A DNA stretch of 64,000 nt from Terriglobia bacterium (GCA_963795245.1 CAWCHA010000003.1:212649-276648); one strand, 5' to 3'; counted from the stretch's first letter, positions 21,844 to 33,287 are shown. The notes: generated from the letters alone by a model not told the origin. Program-made: numbers and translations.

Positions 21844-21959
21844 CCCAGGCAGCGCGTTTTACCCACGGCAAACTTGAAAAGATGCCGAAGCCGTCCCTCG
21901 TGGCCCGTGGTGAGCACGGACTGAGTGGATCAGGCCTTCTCCCCTGAAGGCACCGACGG

Positions 21960-23453
21960 CTACGGCTTACTTGCCAGCGGCGTAAGGCTCGCCTGCACGG
22001 TTCCGGGCAGTACATCTCCGCGGAAATACTTTCCTTTAGCTGCGCCCATCTCCGGCATGGCTGCGTACGGCTTGCTGTAGTCATTCGCTGCATTCCAGAA
22101 CAGGAAGCCTACTCCGCCCTTGTTCTTCGCCGTAATGACCTGGGCCTTGATGTATTCCGGCGAGTAAGTCTTGGTTCTCCAGCGGAAGGCCTGCAACCAG
22201 GGACGGATCACCACACCGCTTCCCTGGGTGATCTTCACAAAACGTTCCATTGAGACGCCGATGAAGTGTTCGGGCGCATCGCCGGGATGGGCAATTCCGT
22301 CCATGCCGAAGAAGTGTGAGGGGTAAATCATGGGCGAGAGCACATCGCAGGATTTAGCCATGCGCACGATGTCCTGACCGGTATGGCCCAGGTCGACCGG
22401 ACGCTGCCAGGCCATGATGCCAAAAACATCCAGGGACAACAGTGCGCCCGTGGGATGAAGCTCGGCATAAGCGTGCTTCAGGAAGTCGGCGATCACGTCC
22501 GCGCGATGCCAGTCCGGATGCTCAGTCTGGAAATAGAAGCTGGCGTCTTTCTGGTCGCCCTCGGCAGGGAACCGGACGTAGTCAAACTGGATCTCGTCGG
22601 CGCCGGCTTCTGCTGCCTTCTTTGCGAGGGCAATGTCATAAGCCTGCACCTTAGGCTGCGAAGGATCGGTCCATACCAGCTTGCCGTTCTCGCGCCACGG
22701 CTCTCCGGTCTTGTGCGACTTGATCGCCAGTTCAGGATGAGTCTCCACCAGCCGCTGGTCGCGGAAGATCGCCACACGGGCGATGGCATGCATGTTCTGG
22801 GAGTGCAGGAAATGGATGAACTTGGGCAGATCGTGGAAAGCGCTGCGATGGTTTCCCAGGAGCGCATGGTCGAACGGGATCGTCACACTGCCATCGCTGT
22901 CCTTAATATCGAAGACCACTGCATTGCCGCCGACTTCGCGCCAGTGCTTGACGATCCGAATGCCGTGGTCGCTCGCAGCCATAATTCCAGTGAGATAGAT
23001 GGCACGGACTTCAAAATCACGATCAACCGGAACCGACTTTTCCACAACTGGAGCGGGCAGCAGTCCGGGAACGATCACCGGCTGGCCAGCCTTCAGGAAC
23101 GTACCCTGAAAATCCCCATTGGCTTTGCGGATGGCTTCACCCAGTTCGGACGACGTCAGGAAGGAAGTCTGGCCGAGATACCGGTGGGCCACCACCTGGA
23201 CACTGTCGCCGCGCTTGGCGACGTACAGTGCGCTGCCCGGAGGCGCTACGGCCTCGAGTGACGCGTCTGGACCCTTGGGCACCAGCGGAGTTGCCGTCCG
23301 GGAGGTATTCACACGCTTCGGACGGGCCGTCTGCTGTGCCGACGCCGGCGAAACCGCCACAAAAGCGAAAGTAAAAGAAAGAAACAGGATAGAGGCGAGT
23401 GTTTTGGGGCCCAGTTGACGCAAGATTTTCTCCGTGAAAGCCGCTGTTTTCAC
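21960..23453 (-). CDS. LysM domain + putative glycoside-hydrolase TIM-barrel (DUF4015-like) protein
   Basis: 497-aa ORF with signal peptide. LysM-like YVAKRGDSVQVVAHRYLG..LKAGQPVIVPG. Core RAIYLTG..GGNAVVFDIKDSDG..HAIARVAIFRD..WTDPSQPKVQAYDIALAKKAAEAGADEIQFDYVRFP. Confidence 0.75.
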   Translation of the reverse strand: MKTAAFTEKILRQLGPKTLASILFLSFTFAFVAVSPASAQQTARPKRVNTSRTATPLVPKGPDASLEAVAPPGSALYVAKRGDSVQVVAHRYLGQTSFLTSSELGEAIRKANGDFQGTFLKAGQPVIVPGLLPAPVVEKSVPVDRDFEVRAIYLTGIMAASDHGIRIVKHWREVGGNAVVFDIKDSDGSVTIPFDHALLGNHRSAFHDLPKFIHFLHSQNMHAIARVAIFRDQRLVETHPELAIKSHKTGEPWRENGKLVWTDPSQPKVQAYDIALAKKAAEAGADEIQFDYVRFPAEGDQKDASFYFQTEHPDWHRADVIADFLKHAYAELHPTGALLSLDVFGIMAWQRPVDLGHTGQDIVRMAKSCDVLSPMIYPSHFFGMDGIAHPGDAPEHFIGVSMERFVKITQGSGVVIRPWLQAFRWRTKTYSPEYIKAQVITAKNKGGVGFLFWNAANDYSKPYAAMPEMGAAKGKYFRGDVLPGTVQASLTPLASKP

Positions 23454-23804
23454 GGATGCTAGCGTTGGTCGGATGGACCTGCCAGTTACGTCCGACCGAT
23501 ACCTGAATTAGCTAGGGACATCGGCCCGCCGTTCCAAGGATCTTCCAGTCTGTGGGCAAACTATTTCCCTTTCCCCTAACCCGGCTGCGGAGTAATACGT
23601 GACCTGCGACCCCCCTCCCGCATCTAACTCGTTAAGGCAATTAGGAATCAGCCGCTGGCCAAGGATGGAGAGTCGTTTGCAGTAATCGTAGTGCCGAAGC
23701 GAGAGAGTGACAGAAATTGTCTTTCTCTCATTAAGAGACGGCGGACCCGCTATTCCAGAAGTACAGGGGCCAAAGGAAAGGGAAACAGCAGGGCCACACC
23801 CACT

Positions 23805-24962
<1,158 letters not shown>

Positions 24963-24982
24963 GTTTTCTGAAATTCGAAACA

Positions 24983-25015
24983 AAGGGTGCCGGGAATCCG
25001 GCACCCTTTTCATTT
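24983..25015 (+). terminator. rho-independent terminator after the AAA+ gene
   Basis: aagggtgccgg-gaat-ccggcaccctt followed by ttcattt. Confidence 0.8.
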
Positions 25016-25145
25016 GGATTGCGTAGGGGCGGGTGAGACATTGCCCCTACGCGGCTTGTGATGGGCGCCTGTATAGTCACGATGACATCGATCTCGCATC
25101 TAAAATAAACGATTGGTCCCGAGGCGAATCTTCGGAGAGGGAATT

Positions 25146-26549
25146 ATGAAGCCCAGCTTAATCCCGGCACGCTGCCTGATATTGTTGCTGGTTGTTTCTG
25201 TCACGCAGCCCGGCATGCTTGAAGCCCGGGTCACGCCTTCACACGGCTTCAACATGTTCTCCGCTCAGGAGGAAGTGCAGGCGGGGCAGCAGTCGGCAGC
25301 CCAGGTCGCGAGCAAGCTGCCAGTTCTTCCGGACAACGATCCGGTCGCGATTTACGTGCGGCGTCTGGGGCAGCAACTGGCGGCACATGCCCCTGGCGAG
25401 AAGTGGCCTTACACTTTTCACGTCGTGAACCAGAAAGAGATCAACGCTTTTGCGCTTCCCGGCGGCCCCATATTTGTGAACGTAGGAACCATTCAGGCGG
25501 CGGACAATGAAGCTGAACTTGCCGGCGTGATGGCGCATGAAATCTCTCACGTGGTGCAGCGCCACGGCACGCGCGCCGCAACCAAGCAGATGGCGGCGCA
25601 ACTTCCGCTTGCTGTTCTGGGTGGAGTCATGGGGCAGGGCGCGCTTTCGCAGATGGCTCAGATGGGCCTGGGATTTGGTATTGGATCGTATTTTCTGAAG
25701 AACTCGCGCAAGTCTGAATCCGAAGCCGATCTGCTCGGCACCGATATTATGTATGACACGGGATTCAATCCTCGCGCCATGGCGGATTTCTTCGCGAAGA
25801 TTCAGGCGCAAGGCGGCGCGCGCGGCCCGCAATTCTTCAGCGACCATCCTGATCCGGGAAATCGGGCGCAGGCAGTAGCGGCGGAGGTTGGAACTCTTTC
25901 TCGCAAGACCGCCTATCGAACGGACAGCGCGGAGTTTCGTGACGTCAAGCAACGTGTTGCCGGGATGAAGCCTCTGACCGCGCAACAGATCGCGGCCCGG
26001 CAGGCACCAGGTGCGAATGGGCAGGGAATGACCGCAGGTTCTGGCGCGCCCGCGGGCAGCGGACAACCCGTTGCCCGCCTCCGGGCTTTCAGCCATCGCG
26101 ACTTTACAATTTCCTATCCTGAAAATTGGCAGCTGTACGGCGACCAGAACTCCGCGGTCACGATTGCGCCGCAGGGTGGCGTGATACAGAATGCCGTCGC
26201 CTACGGTTTCATGATTAACACGTACCAACCGGAGGACAGCAATTCGACCCTCGATCAGTCGACCCACGATTTGCTGTCTTCGTTGCGCCAGGCAAATCCG
26301 GAAGTGCGGCAGATCGGGCAGGACGAGAATATACGGATCAATGGTGTGGCGGGAAAGTCCGTCGACCTGATCGGGACCTCTCCGTTGAAAGACCCGAACG
26401 GACGCCCGAACCAGGAGCGGGACTGGCTGGTCACAGTCAAACGCCGCGACGGCACGTTGCTGTATGTGGTCGCGATCGCGCCGGACAAGGACTTCGAAGC
26501 GCTGCGTCCGACGTTCGAGCAGATGCTGAAGTCGATGCAAATGCGGTGA
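25146..26549 (+). CDS. periplasmic M48-family zinc metallopeptidase
   Basis: ORF 25113-26549 with ATG at 25146 (signal peptide MKPSLIPARCLILLLVVSV). HEISHVVQRH zinc motif and a downstream ESEAD segment. Confidence 0.85.
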   Translation: MKPSLIPARCLILLLVVSVTQPGMLEARVTPSHGFNMFSAQEEVQAGQQSAAQVASKLPVLPDNDPVAIYVRRLGQQLAAHAPGEKWPYTFHVVNQKEINAFALPGGPIFVNVGTIQAADNEAELAGVMAHEISHVVQRHGTRAATKQMAAQLPLAVLGGVMGQGALSQMAQMGLGFGIGSYFLKNSRKSESEADLLGTDIMYDTGFNPRAMADFFAKIQAQGGARGPQFFSDHPDPGNRAQAVAAEVGTLSRKTAYRTDSAEFRDVKQRVAGMKPLTAQQIAARQAPGANGQGMTAGSGAPAGSGQPVARLRAFSHRDFTISYPENWQLYGDQNSAVTIAPQGGVIQNAVAYGFMINTYQPEDSNSTLDQSTHDLLSSLRQANPEVRQIGQDENIRINGVAGKSVDLIGTSPLKDPNGRPNQERDWLVTVKRRDGTLLYVVAIAPDKDFEALRPTFEQMLKSMQMR

Positions 26550-26632
26550 AGCGGGCGGCGGACATCAGACTTCGGCCCGCGGATCCCAGACCTCAGCAAC
26601 GATCTATGGCGAGCCGCGCGGCAACCTACGTC

Positions 26633-26836
26633 CAGCCGCGAAGCGGCGCAAAAGAGTAGAGCCCCGGGCGTAAGCCCTAGGCGGAAAGCCCGAAAGAACA
26701 GCCCTGCAAGGGCGGAAGAAACGGTTGCGGCCACATTCATCGGCGCGTTTCTTACGCCCCTGCGGGGATTTGTTGCTTTGCCACGTCGTCCCCGGGCTTA
26801 CGCCCGGGGCTCCATTCCGGCGCCGCTTTGCGGCTG
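26633..26836. repeat. large palindromic element, family H (CCCCGGGCTTACGCCCGGGG words)
   Basis: cagccgcgaagcggcgc..gagccccgggcgtaagcc on the left mirrors ccccgggcttacgcccggggctc..ggcgccgctttgcggctg on the right. Confidence 0.8.
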
Positions 26837-26909
26837 TTGCTCAGGGCAGGGCTCTCGCGGCTTAGCTCGCGGCTTTAGAATGACAGGCGCTGAATCGCTG
26901 TCCCGCGAG

Positions 26910-29486
26910 CTACTTCAGTCCTTCTACAACGTAGAGGTATGAGAGTGTCCTGGGCACGCCATAAATGTAGAACTTTCCATCCGGCGTGACCGAGTCGCGG
27001 CCAAGTTGCGGGACGCCTGAAGGGTCGGCAGGCGCAAAATCATGGTGCGGTTTGCGCTGGCCGGTTTTCGGGTCCATGACATAAGCTTTTGCCGGCACAG
27101 AGGACAAATCACTCACATACACGGAGTGGCTGTCCGACGTCCACCCGGTGATGACCTCGTCAGTTTTCAGCGGAGGCAGGGCTTGTCCCGGTTCTGTTCC
27201 AGACATGGGAAGGATCCAAAACACTCCGTCTTTCCTTCCCAGTACATTTTTTCCATCCGGAGAAATCTGGCTGCCGCGGAAGTGTTCCGGGCCGAATGCT
27301 TTTGCAGGCGTGCCGTCCAACATCTGGATGTAAGTGCGTGGAGCCTTGCCCGGCTCGGCGGCGACGATGATTACCCCTTTGCCATCAGGGAGAAAGTTCA
27401 TCCTCGCGGAATGAAACAACTGGCTGTCGGCAAGCGTCAAGGGTTGTCCCGCACCGGTCGGAAGCAGGACCGTCGGGCTGGGCTGTTTCACGCTGGTGGA
27501 AGCCACCCACTTTCCGTCGGGAGAAATGTCCAGTCCCATGCCGCTGCCCAATCGAATCGCAGCGGAGCCATCGGTCTTGCGTATAAAGATCGAATAGTCC
27601 GGTCCTCCGCCTTCTCCATCCTCTTCCAGAAGTGCCCACTGGCCGTCGTTCGAAATCGCGCGGCCAATGGTCCAATCGAACCAGGAAAGGTCGATGTCCT
27701 TGTCCTGGCCGACATACCGACCGTAAGCTTCCAGGCGACTGGCCTCATTGGTGATCAACACCTGGCCGTCCTTGCTGATGTCGAACAAATGCAGTCGTCC
27801 CGGGATGTGCAGCAGGTCGCGCTGCTTGCCGTTCAGATTCACGGCATATAAGGCACTGTTGATGCCGGCATCGCTGCCGGTGAACCAGACCTCGTCTCCG
27901 GAGTGCGACCAGGCCAGTCCCGTCAGATCGGCCCACTCGCCGGTCAACCGCCGGGCCTTTCCAGCGAGGTCGGTCACCGCCACAAAGCCGCGAGTGTCCC
28001 CAGCATTGGGATGGTCAAAATACGCGATCATCTTGCCGTCGGGAGATACCGCTACATCCGTGATGTTTCCTGTGCTGGTGGTGACGAGAGTCTTCCCGAT
28101 CGGATATTCCAGCCGATTTTCCCCAGACACCGCGTGGACCGCAGCCAGCGCGTCTCCGCCCGGATTCCAGGAAGCGTCCAGGACGTCGGCCAGAAGTTCT
28201 CGCGGAGCGCCTCCGGTCAACGGCACTACCGAAAGCATGCCTTGCGAAACGGATCCCGCCTGAGTCTTCTGCCGAATCGCCATCTCGCCTTTCGACGAAA
28301 TGCCCAGGACCTGACTGTCCTGTAAATCGATTGGACGGGACATCAAAGCATCCGTCCGGGTGGTATAAATTTGTGGTTTAGGCGCGCCATTCCAGGCGGC
28401 GCTGAACAGGATGCTCTGGCCATCCGGCGCGAACTTTGCGCCGTAGATGGTGCCTCGCTGGAACGTCAGTTGATGGAATCGCGGCGCCGCCGCCGGCGCG
28501 CCTCTACGAGCCAGGAAATAAGTGGCCGCGAGTGCCGCGGCTACGGCCAGCGCAGTCGCCGCAAGCTTCCAGTAGCCCTGGCGCTCGGCAGTCGCGACCT
28601 TTAAGCGGGATCCCGTTGCCGAGTGATTGGAAATCGATTCGAGATCGAATGCGATGTCGCTCGCCGACTGAAATCGTTGTAACGGATTCTTCTCCAGGCA
28701 ATGTCGGATCACGCGATCCAGATTCGGCGTGAGACCGGGAACCGTCTCCTCCAGTTCCGGCGGCTCTTCCTTCAGGATGGCGTTCATGGTCTCCACGCTG
28801 GAGTCGCGTTTGAAGGCACGATTGCCGGTCAGCATCTCGTAGAGGATGGCGCCCAAGGCGAAAATATCGGAGCGCTGGTCCGCACCCTGTCCGCGCACCT
28901 GCTCGGGTGACATGTAGCCGACGGTGCCCATGACGTGGCCGGGCGTGGTTTTGGGATGAGGCTCGTCCACGGTCTGCAAATCGGTTGCCGCGTTTAAAGC
29001 GTCATCCTGTACCAGTTTGGCCAGGCCGAAGTCGAGGATCTTGATGCGTCCGTCGTTCAATACGAAGATGTTGTCGGGCTTTAGATCGCGATGCACGACG
29101 CCCTTCTCGTGCGCCGCCGCGAGACCGCGTGCGATCTGGACGCCATACTCAATAGCTTTACGCTGCGGCACCGGCGCGCCACGCATGTGGTCGCGCAAGC
29201 TCTCTCCTTCGAGAAGCTCGGAGACCAGATAGGGCGCGCCATCCTGCTCGCCCACGTCATAAATGGCCAGAATGTTGGGATGATTGAGAGCGCCAACCAG
29301 GCGTGCTTCCTGTTCAAAACGGCGCAGCCGGTCCGTATCCCGGGTAAATGAAGGTGGCAGAACTTTGATGGCTACTTCCCGGCGCAAGCGCGAGTCGCGA
29401 GCGCGGTACACTTCGCCCATTCCTCCCGCCCCCAGGAGGGACAGGATTTCGTAGGGTCCAATCTTCGTGCCAGCGGCCAGCGCCAT
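26910..29486 (-). CDS. Ser/Thr protein kinase with TM segment and C-terminal TolB-like beta-propeller
   Basis: 858-aa ORF. Kinase motifs GAGGMGEVYRA, VAIK, HRDLKPDNIF, DFGLAK, GYMSPE. TM WKLAATALAVAAALAATYFLA. Repeated DGQ/DGK..S propeller blades. Confidence 0.9.
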   Translation of the reverse strand: MALAAGTKIGPYEILSLLGAGGMGEVYRARDSRLRREVAIKVLPPSFTRDTDRLRRFEQEARLVGALNHPNILAIYDVGEQDGAPYLVSELLEGESLRDHMRGAPVPQRKAIEYGVQIARGLAAAHEKGVVHRDLKPDNIFVLNDGRIKILDFGLAKLVQDDALNAATDLQTVDEPHPKTTPGHVMGTVGYMSPEQVRGQGADQRSDIFALGAILYEMLTGNRAFKRDSSVETMNAILKEEPPELEETVPGLTPNLDRVIRHCLEKNPLQRFQSASDIAFDLESISNHSATGSRLKVATAERQGYWKLAATALAVAAALAATYFLARRGAPAAAPRFHQLTFQRGTIYGAKFAPDGQSILFSAAWNGAPKPQIYTTRTDALMSRPIDLQDSQVLGISSKGEMAIRQKTQAGSVSQGMLSVVPLTGGAPRELLADVLDASWNPGGDALAAVHAVSGENRLEYPIGKTLVTTSTGNITDVAVSPDGKMIAYFDHPNAGDTRGFVAVTDLAGKARRLTGEWADLTGLAWSHSGDEVWFTGSDAGINSALYAVNLNGKQRDLLHIPGRLHLFDISKDGQVLITNEASRLEAYGRYVGQDKDIDLSWFDWTIGRAISNDGQWALLEEDGEGGGPDYSIFIRKTDGSAAIRLGSGMGLDISPDGKWVASTSVKQPSPTVLLPTGAGQPLTLADSQLFHSARMNFLPDGKGVIIVAAEPGKAPRTYIQMLDGTPAKAFGPEHFRGSQISPDGKNVLGRKDGVFWILPMSGTEPGQALPPLKTDEVITGWTSDSHSVYVSDLSSVPAKAYVMDPKTGQRKPHHDFAPADPSGVPQLGRDSVTPDGKFYIYGVPRTLSYLYVVEGLK

Positions 29487-29504
29487 GAGTAAGCGGAATT
29501 ATAC

Positions 29505-29695
29505 GTCAGACTTCGGGCGTCGGACCTCAGACGTCGGACCTCAGACTTCAGACGTGGGCGAGGCCCTCAGTTCACGCAGAACGAAGAACAGTCCGCAGGT
29601 CCTTTGCGCCCTTGGCGGACTTTCTTTGCGAACTTTGCGGTTTAAGATGTTGAAGCTTGAGGCTTGAGGCTTGAGGTCCGAGGTCCGAGGTCCGG
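29505..29695. repeat. composite low-complexity repeat block (14-mer and 7-mer tandems + family C half-arm)
   Basis: gtcggacctcagac x2-3 (29505-29556). cctttgcgcccttggcggactttctttgcgaactttgcgg. cttgagg x3 then tccgagg x3 (29654-29695). Confidence 0.8.
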
Positions 29696-29701
29696 GTTTG
29701 T

Positions 29702-30289
29702 TTACCCGCCTTGTTTCAGATCGGTGAGCACTTGCCGTGCGATCTCTTTCAGGGTTTCGAATACTCCGGGGCCCTGGAAGGCTACGGCTTCGATTACGGG
29801 TTCGTTCTTGCGGCGCAGTTGCTTGGAGAGATCGTCCACCGAAAGGACATTCGGCAGATCGCGTTTGTTGAGCTGCAAAACGTAGGGAATCTTGTTGAAG
29901 TCATAGCTATGCTCTTTGAGGTTGGCCATGAGGTTGTCGAGGGCTTCGACGTTGGCGTCCATGCGTTCCTGCTGCGAGTCGGCGACGAACACGATGCCGT
30001 CCACACCTCGCAGGATCAGCTTGCGGCTGGCGTCATAAAACACCTGGCCGGGGACGGTATACAAGTGAATGCGAGTCTTGAAGCCGCGGACCGAACCCAG
30101 GTCGAGGGGCAGAAAATCGAAGAACAGGGTACGTTCCGTCTCCGTGGCCAGCGAGATCATCTTGCCCTTCTGCTGCTCCGCGGTTTTCTGGTAGATGAAC
30201 TGGAGATTCGTCGTCTTACCGCCCAGGCCGGCGCCGTAATAAACGATCTTGCAGTTAATTTCGCGAGCTGCGAAGTTGATGAAACTCAA
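29702..30289 (-). CDS. mglA: Ras-like gliding-motility GTPase MglA
   Basis: 195-aa [83 protein letters not shown], near-collinear with Myxococcus xanthus MglA as I recall it. Confidence 0.92.
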   Translation of the reverse strand: MSFINFAAREINCKIVYYGAGLGGKTTNLQFIYQKTAEQQKGKMISLATETERTLFFDFLPLDLGSVRGFKTRIHLYTVPGQVFYDASRKLILRGVDGIVFVADSQQERMDANVEALDNLMANLKEHSYDFNKIPYVLQLNKRDLPNVLSVDDLSKQLRRKNEPVIEAVAFQGPGVFETLKEIARQVLTDLKQGG

Positions 30290-30442
30290 GACTTCCCTCG
30301 GGACCAGTAACGTACGCGTCTGAAGGCAAACGTTTCCCGGCTGAATTTTCGGTTGATACTGCTGGTTTTATACCACACGGCTGAGCGTCAAGGCAGGTTA
30401 CGCAGGTTACTTGTGGAACACCGGGCTCCCTTTCAGGGCAAA

Positions 30443-30587
30443 GATTTCAGATTCGAGATCTCAGACTTCAGATTAAAAGCGCAGGCAGCGTGGAATTCTC
30501 TTTGCGAACTTTGCGGAGTCCTTAGCGGCCTTTGCGGTAAAAAGCTCTTAACCACAAAGAAGGAAAGCCGCAAAGGTCGCTAAGGAG
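30443..30587. repeat. composite repeat block (tcagac-type tandem + complete family C palindrome)
   Basis: gatttcagattcgagatctcagacttcagatt, then ctttgcgaactttgcggagtccttagcggcctttgcggt // accacaaagaaggaaagccgcaaaggtcgctaaggag. Confidence 0.8.
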
Positions 30588-30612
30588 TTAATCGCATATC
30601 CGAAATCTCGAA

Positions 30613-32043
30613 TTAGCGTGCCAATCCCACTGGATAGTAGCCTTCCTTGGCGGTCACCTTAAGGTCGGGACGAGATACACGCACTTCGATCTCGCGGTGG
30701 GTGCTGCTGGGGGTGGCGTGCGTCAGATATCCCAGAGTGTATTGATTCCGGGCGTCGCCCAGGGTGCGGGCGTAGGTGGTCTCGATCGCGTCGCGCGAAA
30801 ATCCAGAGAAAATCTCGCCTCCGGTGGCATTGGCATACTTCGGCAGGACGTTGCTGTATCCCAGACGCGAGCCGGTCAGCGGGATGTGCAGCTTCTGCAA
30901 CGAGCCGTACACCGGGACAGCCGAGCCTTCGACGGCCACGCCGTAAACCTGAATTCCGTTTGAGAGCAAGACTTTCAGGGTATCGCGGTAGCTGGCGTTG
31001 CTGCCGTATTCGCGGCCATCGCTGATGATGAAAATCACTTTCCGGCGGCTGCGGTCGCGCTTGCGCAGCTCCAGAGCCGCTGCCACGATTGCATCGTTCA
31101 GTACGTGGGATTCCTTGGTCGGATTGACCTGCCTGGGGGCGCCGTTGTCAATCGGGACACCGTTGACGATCGGCCCCTGCGGCCCCATCGGACCGCTGAC
31201 CACCGGAGGTCCGTTATTTCGTCCCGTCACCTGCTTCAGGTTCTCCAGCGCGCCCGTCAGCTTGCGGCCGACCTCGGCGAAGTCGGTCACCTTGGATACG
31301 CTGGTGCTGTAAGTGTAGAGCGACACTTCATCGAACTGGCTGAACGCGCCTTGCAGCGCGGCGAAGGTCTGAATCACCTTCTGCACCGCTACGTCCTGCA
31401 TCCCGGTGTCAAAAAGCACCGCTGCGGACAGGGCAAAGGGATCAGTGGTAAAGAAATTCAGGTTTTGCTTCTTGCCATCCTCGAACACCGCGAAATCCCG
31501 CGACAAAAGGCCGTTGACCAGGCGTCCGGAGTCGTCCTGTACCATGACCGGGACCACTACCTGGTTCGTGTTCACGGTGATCTTGAAAAGCTCTTCGCTG
31601 CCGGCAACGTGTTCGGCGGATGTGCCACCCGGCGGCGTGGTGGCGCCCACTGGCGCTACTCCGGGGGCGTACACCGGGTCTTCGGTCGTGCCGGAACCGG
31701 TTGGTGGGGGCTGATTCGCGGGTGGAGGGGTGGTATCAGGGGGAGTCTGCTCCGGGGGCGTCTGGCTGCGCGGGGGGTTTTTAGGAAAAGGACGCGAGGC
31801 GGAGGGCGCATCCGGAATATCCTGCGGTGTGGTGCTTTGAGGCTGGGCAGCTAATCCGATGGAAAGCAGGAAAAGGGCTGGGATTGCTGCGAAAGACCGA
31901 TATTTTTCACCGACCAGTTTTCCGATCACTTTAGCGATCACTGAGAACACGGGAACCTCTCCGCCGGAACGGCGATTCGCTTCACTTGGAAATGCCGAAA
32001 TCTGCGATTTCGTGCATCTAACCCTCTTGGAATAGACTAACAA
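30613..32043 (-). CDS. VWA domain protein (TIGR03436 acidobacterial VWFA-related type)
   Basis: 476-aa ORF. Signal/anchor AAIPALFLLSIGLAAQ, a Pro-rich linker, and a VWA core with C-terminal REIEVRVSRPDLKVTAKEGYY. The listed start leaves only 21 nt to the divergent gene, so the real start is probably internal. Confidence 0.8.
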   Translation of the reverse strand: MLVYSKRVRCTKSQISAFPSEANRRSGGEVPVFSVIAKVIGKLVGEKYRSFAAIPALFLLSIGLAAQPQSTTPQDIPDAPSASRPFPKNPPRSQTPPEQTPPDTTPPPANQPPPTGSGTTEDPVYAPGVAPVGATTPPGGTSAEHVAGSEELFKITVNTNQVVVPVMVQDDSGRLVNGLLSRDFAVFEDGKKQNLNFFTTDPFALSAAVLFDTGMQDVAVQKVIQTFAALQGAFSQFDEVSLYTYSTSVSKVTDFAEVGRKLTGALENLKQVTGRNNGPPVVSGPMGPQGPIVNGVPIDNGAPRQVNPTKESHVLNDAIVAAALELRKRDRSRRKVIFIISDGREYGSNASYRDTLKVLLSNGIQVYGVAVEGSAVPVYGSLQKLHIPLTGSRLGYSNVLPKYANATGGEIFSGFSRDAIETTYARTLGDARNQYTLGYLTHATPSSTHREIEVRVSRPDLKVTAKEGYYPVGLAR

Positions 32044-32064
32044 AAAGCTCGGGAGAATATCTGG

Positions 32065-33165
32065 ATGCCGAAAGTCGGCCGTTTGCAGGCAATTGTAGTC
32101 CTGATTCTGTCGGTGGTCGGGATCGCTGGCGTCATTTTTGCGGTGGGCGTTTTTCCGGTGAGCGTTGCTTCCGCCCAGCAGTTACCGCATCTGGCGGGAA
32201 CTCCTGAGCCGGACAGTCCCCAGCAAGACCAGAATAACGAGCCGGACCAGTCGGTCAGCACGTTGAAAGTCAACGTCAACGTGGTGCAGCTCTTCTTCAA
32301 CGTCAAAGACAAGAAGGGCGGGCTGATCCCGAACCTGACCAAGAGCGATTTCCAGATTTCCGAAGACGGCAAGCAGCAGGCCATCAAATATTTCACCGCC
32401 GAATCCGATCTGCCCCTGACGCTGGGCATTCTGATCGATTCCAGCGGCAGCCAGAGGCAAGTCCTGGAGATGGAGAAGGAAGTCGGAGCCAGCTTCCTGA
32501 ACGAAATCCTGCGCCCCAAGGATATGGCCTTCGTCATCAGCTTCGATGTCGATTCCAACCTGTTGCAGGATTTCACCAACTCGACGCGCCGCTTGCGGGA
32601 AGCCCTCAACAGCGCGCGCATCAATGCGCCTCCGTCGAGTTGCGGCGGTCTTCCGGGACAAGGTGGAGGACCCGTACCGTGCGGTTCCGGCGGCGCCAAA
32701 GGCACCGTGCTCTATGACACCGTGTATCTTGCGTCGCATGACGAGCTCGCCAAAGAGGTTGGTCGCAAGGCCATGATCCTGCTCACCGATGGCGAAGACC
32801 AGGGCAGTCAATACAAAGTCAGCGACGCCATTGAGGCGGCGCAGAAATCCGATTCCATCTGCTACGTCCTGCTCATCGCCGACCGCGGCTTTTACGGCTT
32901 CGGCGGATACTCCGGCGATCGCGAAATGAAAAAGCTGGCAAACGAAACCGGCGGCCGCGTCATCGAAGTCGGAAACAAGATGGAAAAACTGAAGGACGCC
33001 TTCGACCAGATCGCGCGTGAATTACGCAGCCAATACAACGTCGGCTACACTCCCACCAATACCGCTCTCGACGGCAGCTTCCGCAAAGTGGAAATCCAAA
33101 CTTCCAAGAAGGAATACAAGATCCAGGCGCGCACGGGATACTACGCGGTGCCCAAGAAGGACTAG
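32065..33165 (+). CDS. VWA domain protein (TIGR03436 type), paralogue 2
   Basis: 366-aa ORF. Signal/anchor, then VNVNVVQLFFNVKDKKGGLIPNLTKSDFQISEDGK..LGILIDSSGS..LLTDGEDQGS..FRKVEIQTSKKEYKIQARTGYY. Confidence 0.85.
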   Translation: MPKVGRLQAIVVLILSVVGIAGVIFAVGVFPVSVASAQQLPHLAGTPEPDSPQQDQNNEPDQSVSTLKVNVNVVQLFFNVKDKKGGLIPNLTKSDFQISEDGKQQAIKYFTAESDLPLTLGILIDSSGSQRQVLEMEKEVGASFLNEILRPKDMAFVISFDVDSNLLQDFTNSTRRLREALNSARINAPPSSCGGLPGQGGGPVPCGSGGAKGTVLYDTVYLASHDELAKEVGRKAMILLTDGEDQGSQYKVSDAIEAAQKSDSICYVLLIADRGFYGFGGYSGDREMKKLANETGGRVIEVGNKMEKLKDAFDQIARELRSQYNVGYTPTNTALDGSFRKVEIQTSKKEYKIQARTGYYAVPKKD

Positions 33166-33287
33166 GGCTGGCAGTAAAAGAGCGGGTTTCTGATCCCGAC
33201 ATCAGCTACATTACTTCCTGTTATCGTCAATGGCGCAGTACCGGACGTAACTTGGATGCGTGTTTCTGCGACGTTTAGCATTACTGT

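Noticed and set aside
29505-29695. Short tandem repeats (14-mers and 7-mers), and the similar block at 30443-30474, considered as a possible CRISPR array
   Set aside because: The units are 7-14 nt and directly adjacent, with no unique spacers. No cas genes are nearby. They are the low-complexity arms of the intergenic repeat families.
30290-30612. Looked for mglB (Roadblock/LC7) beside mglA
   Set aside because: The 320-nt upstream spacer and the 215-nt downstream spacer are filled by repeat blocks and contain no plausible ORF.
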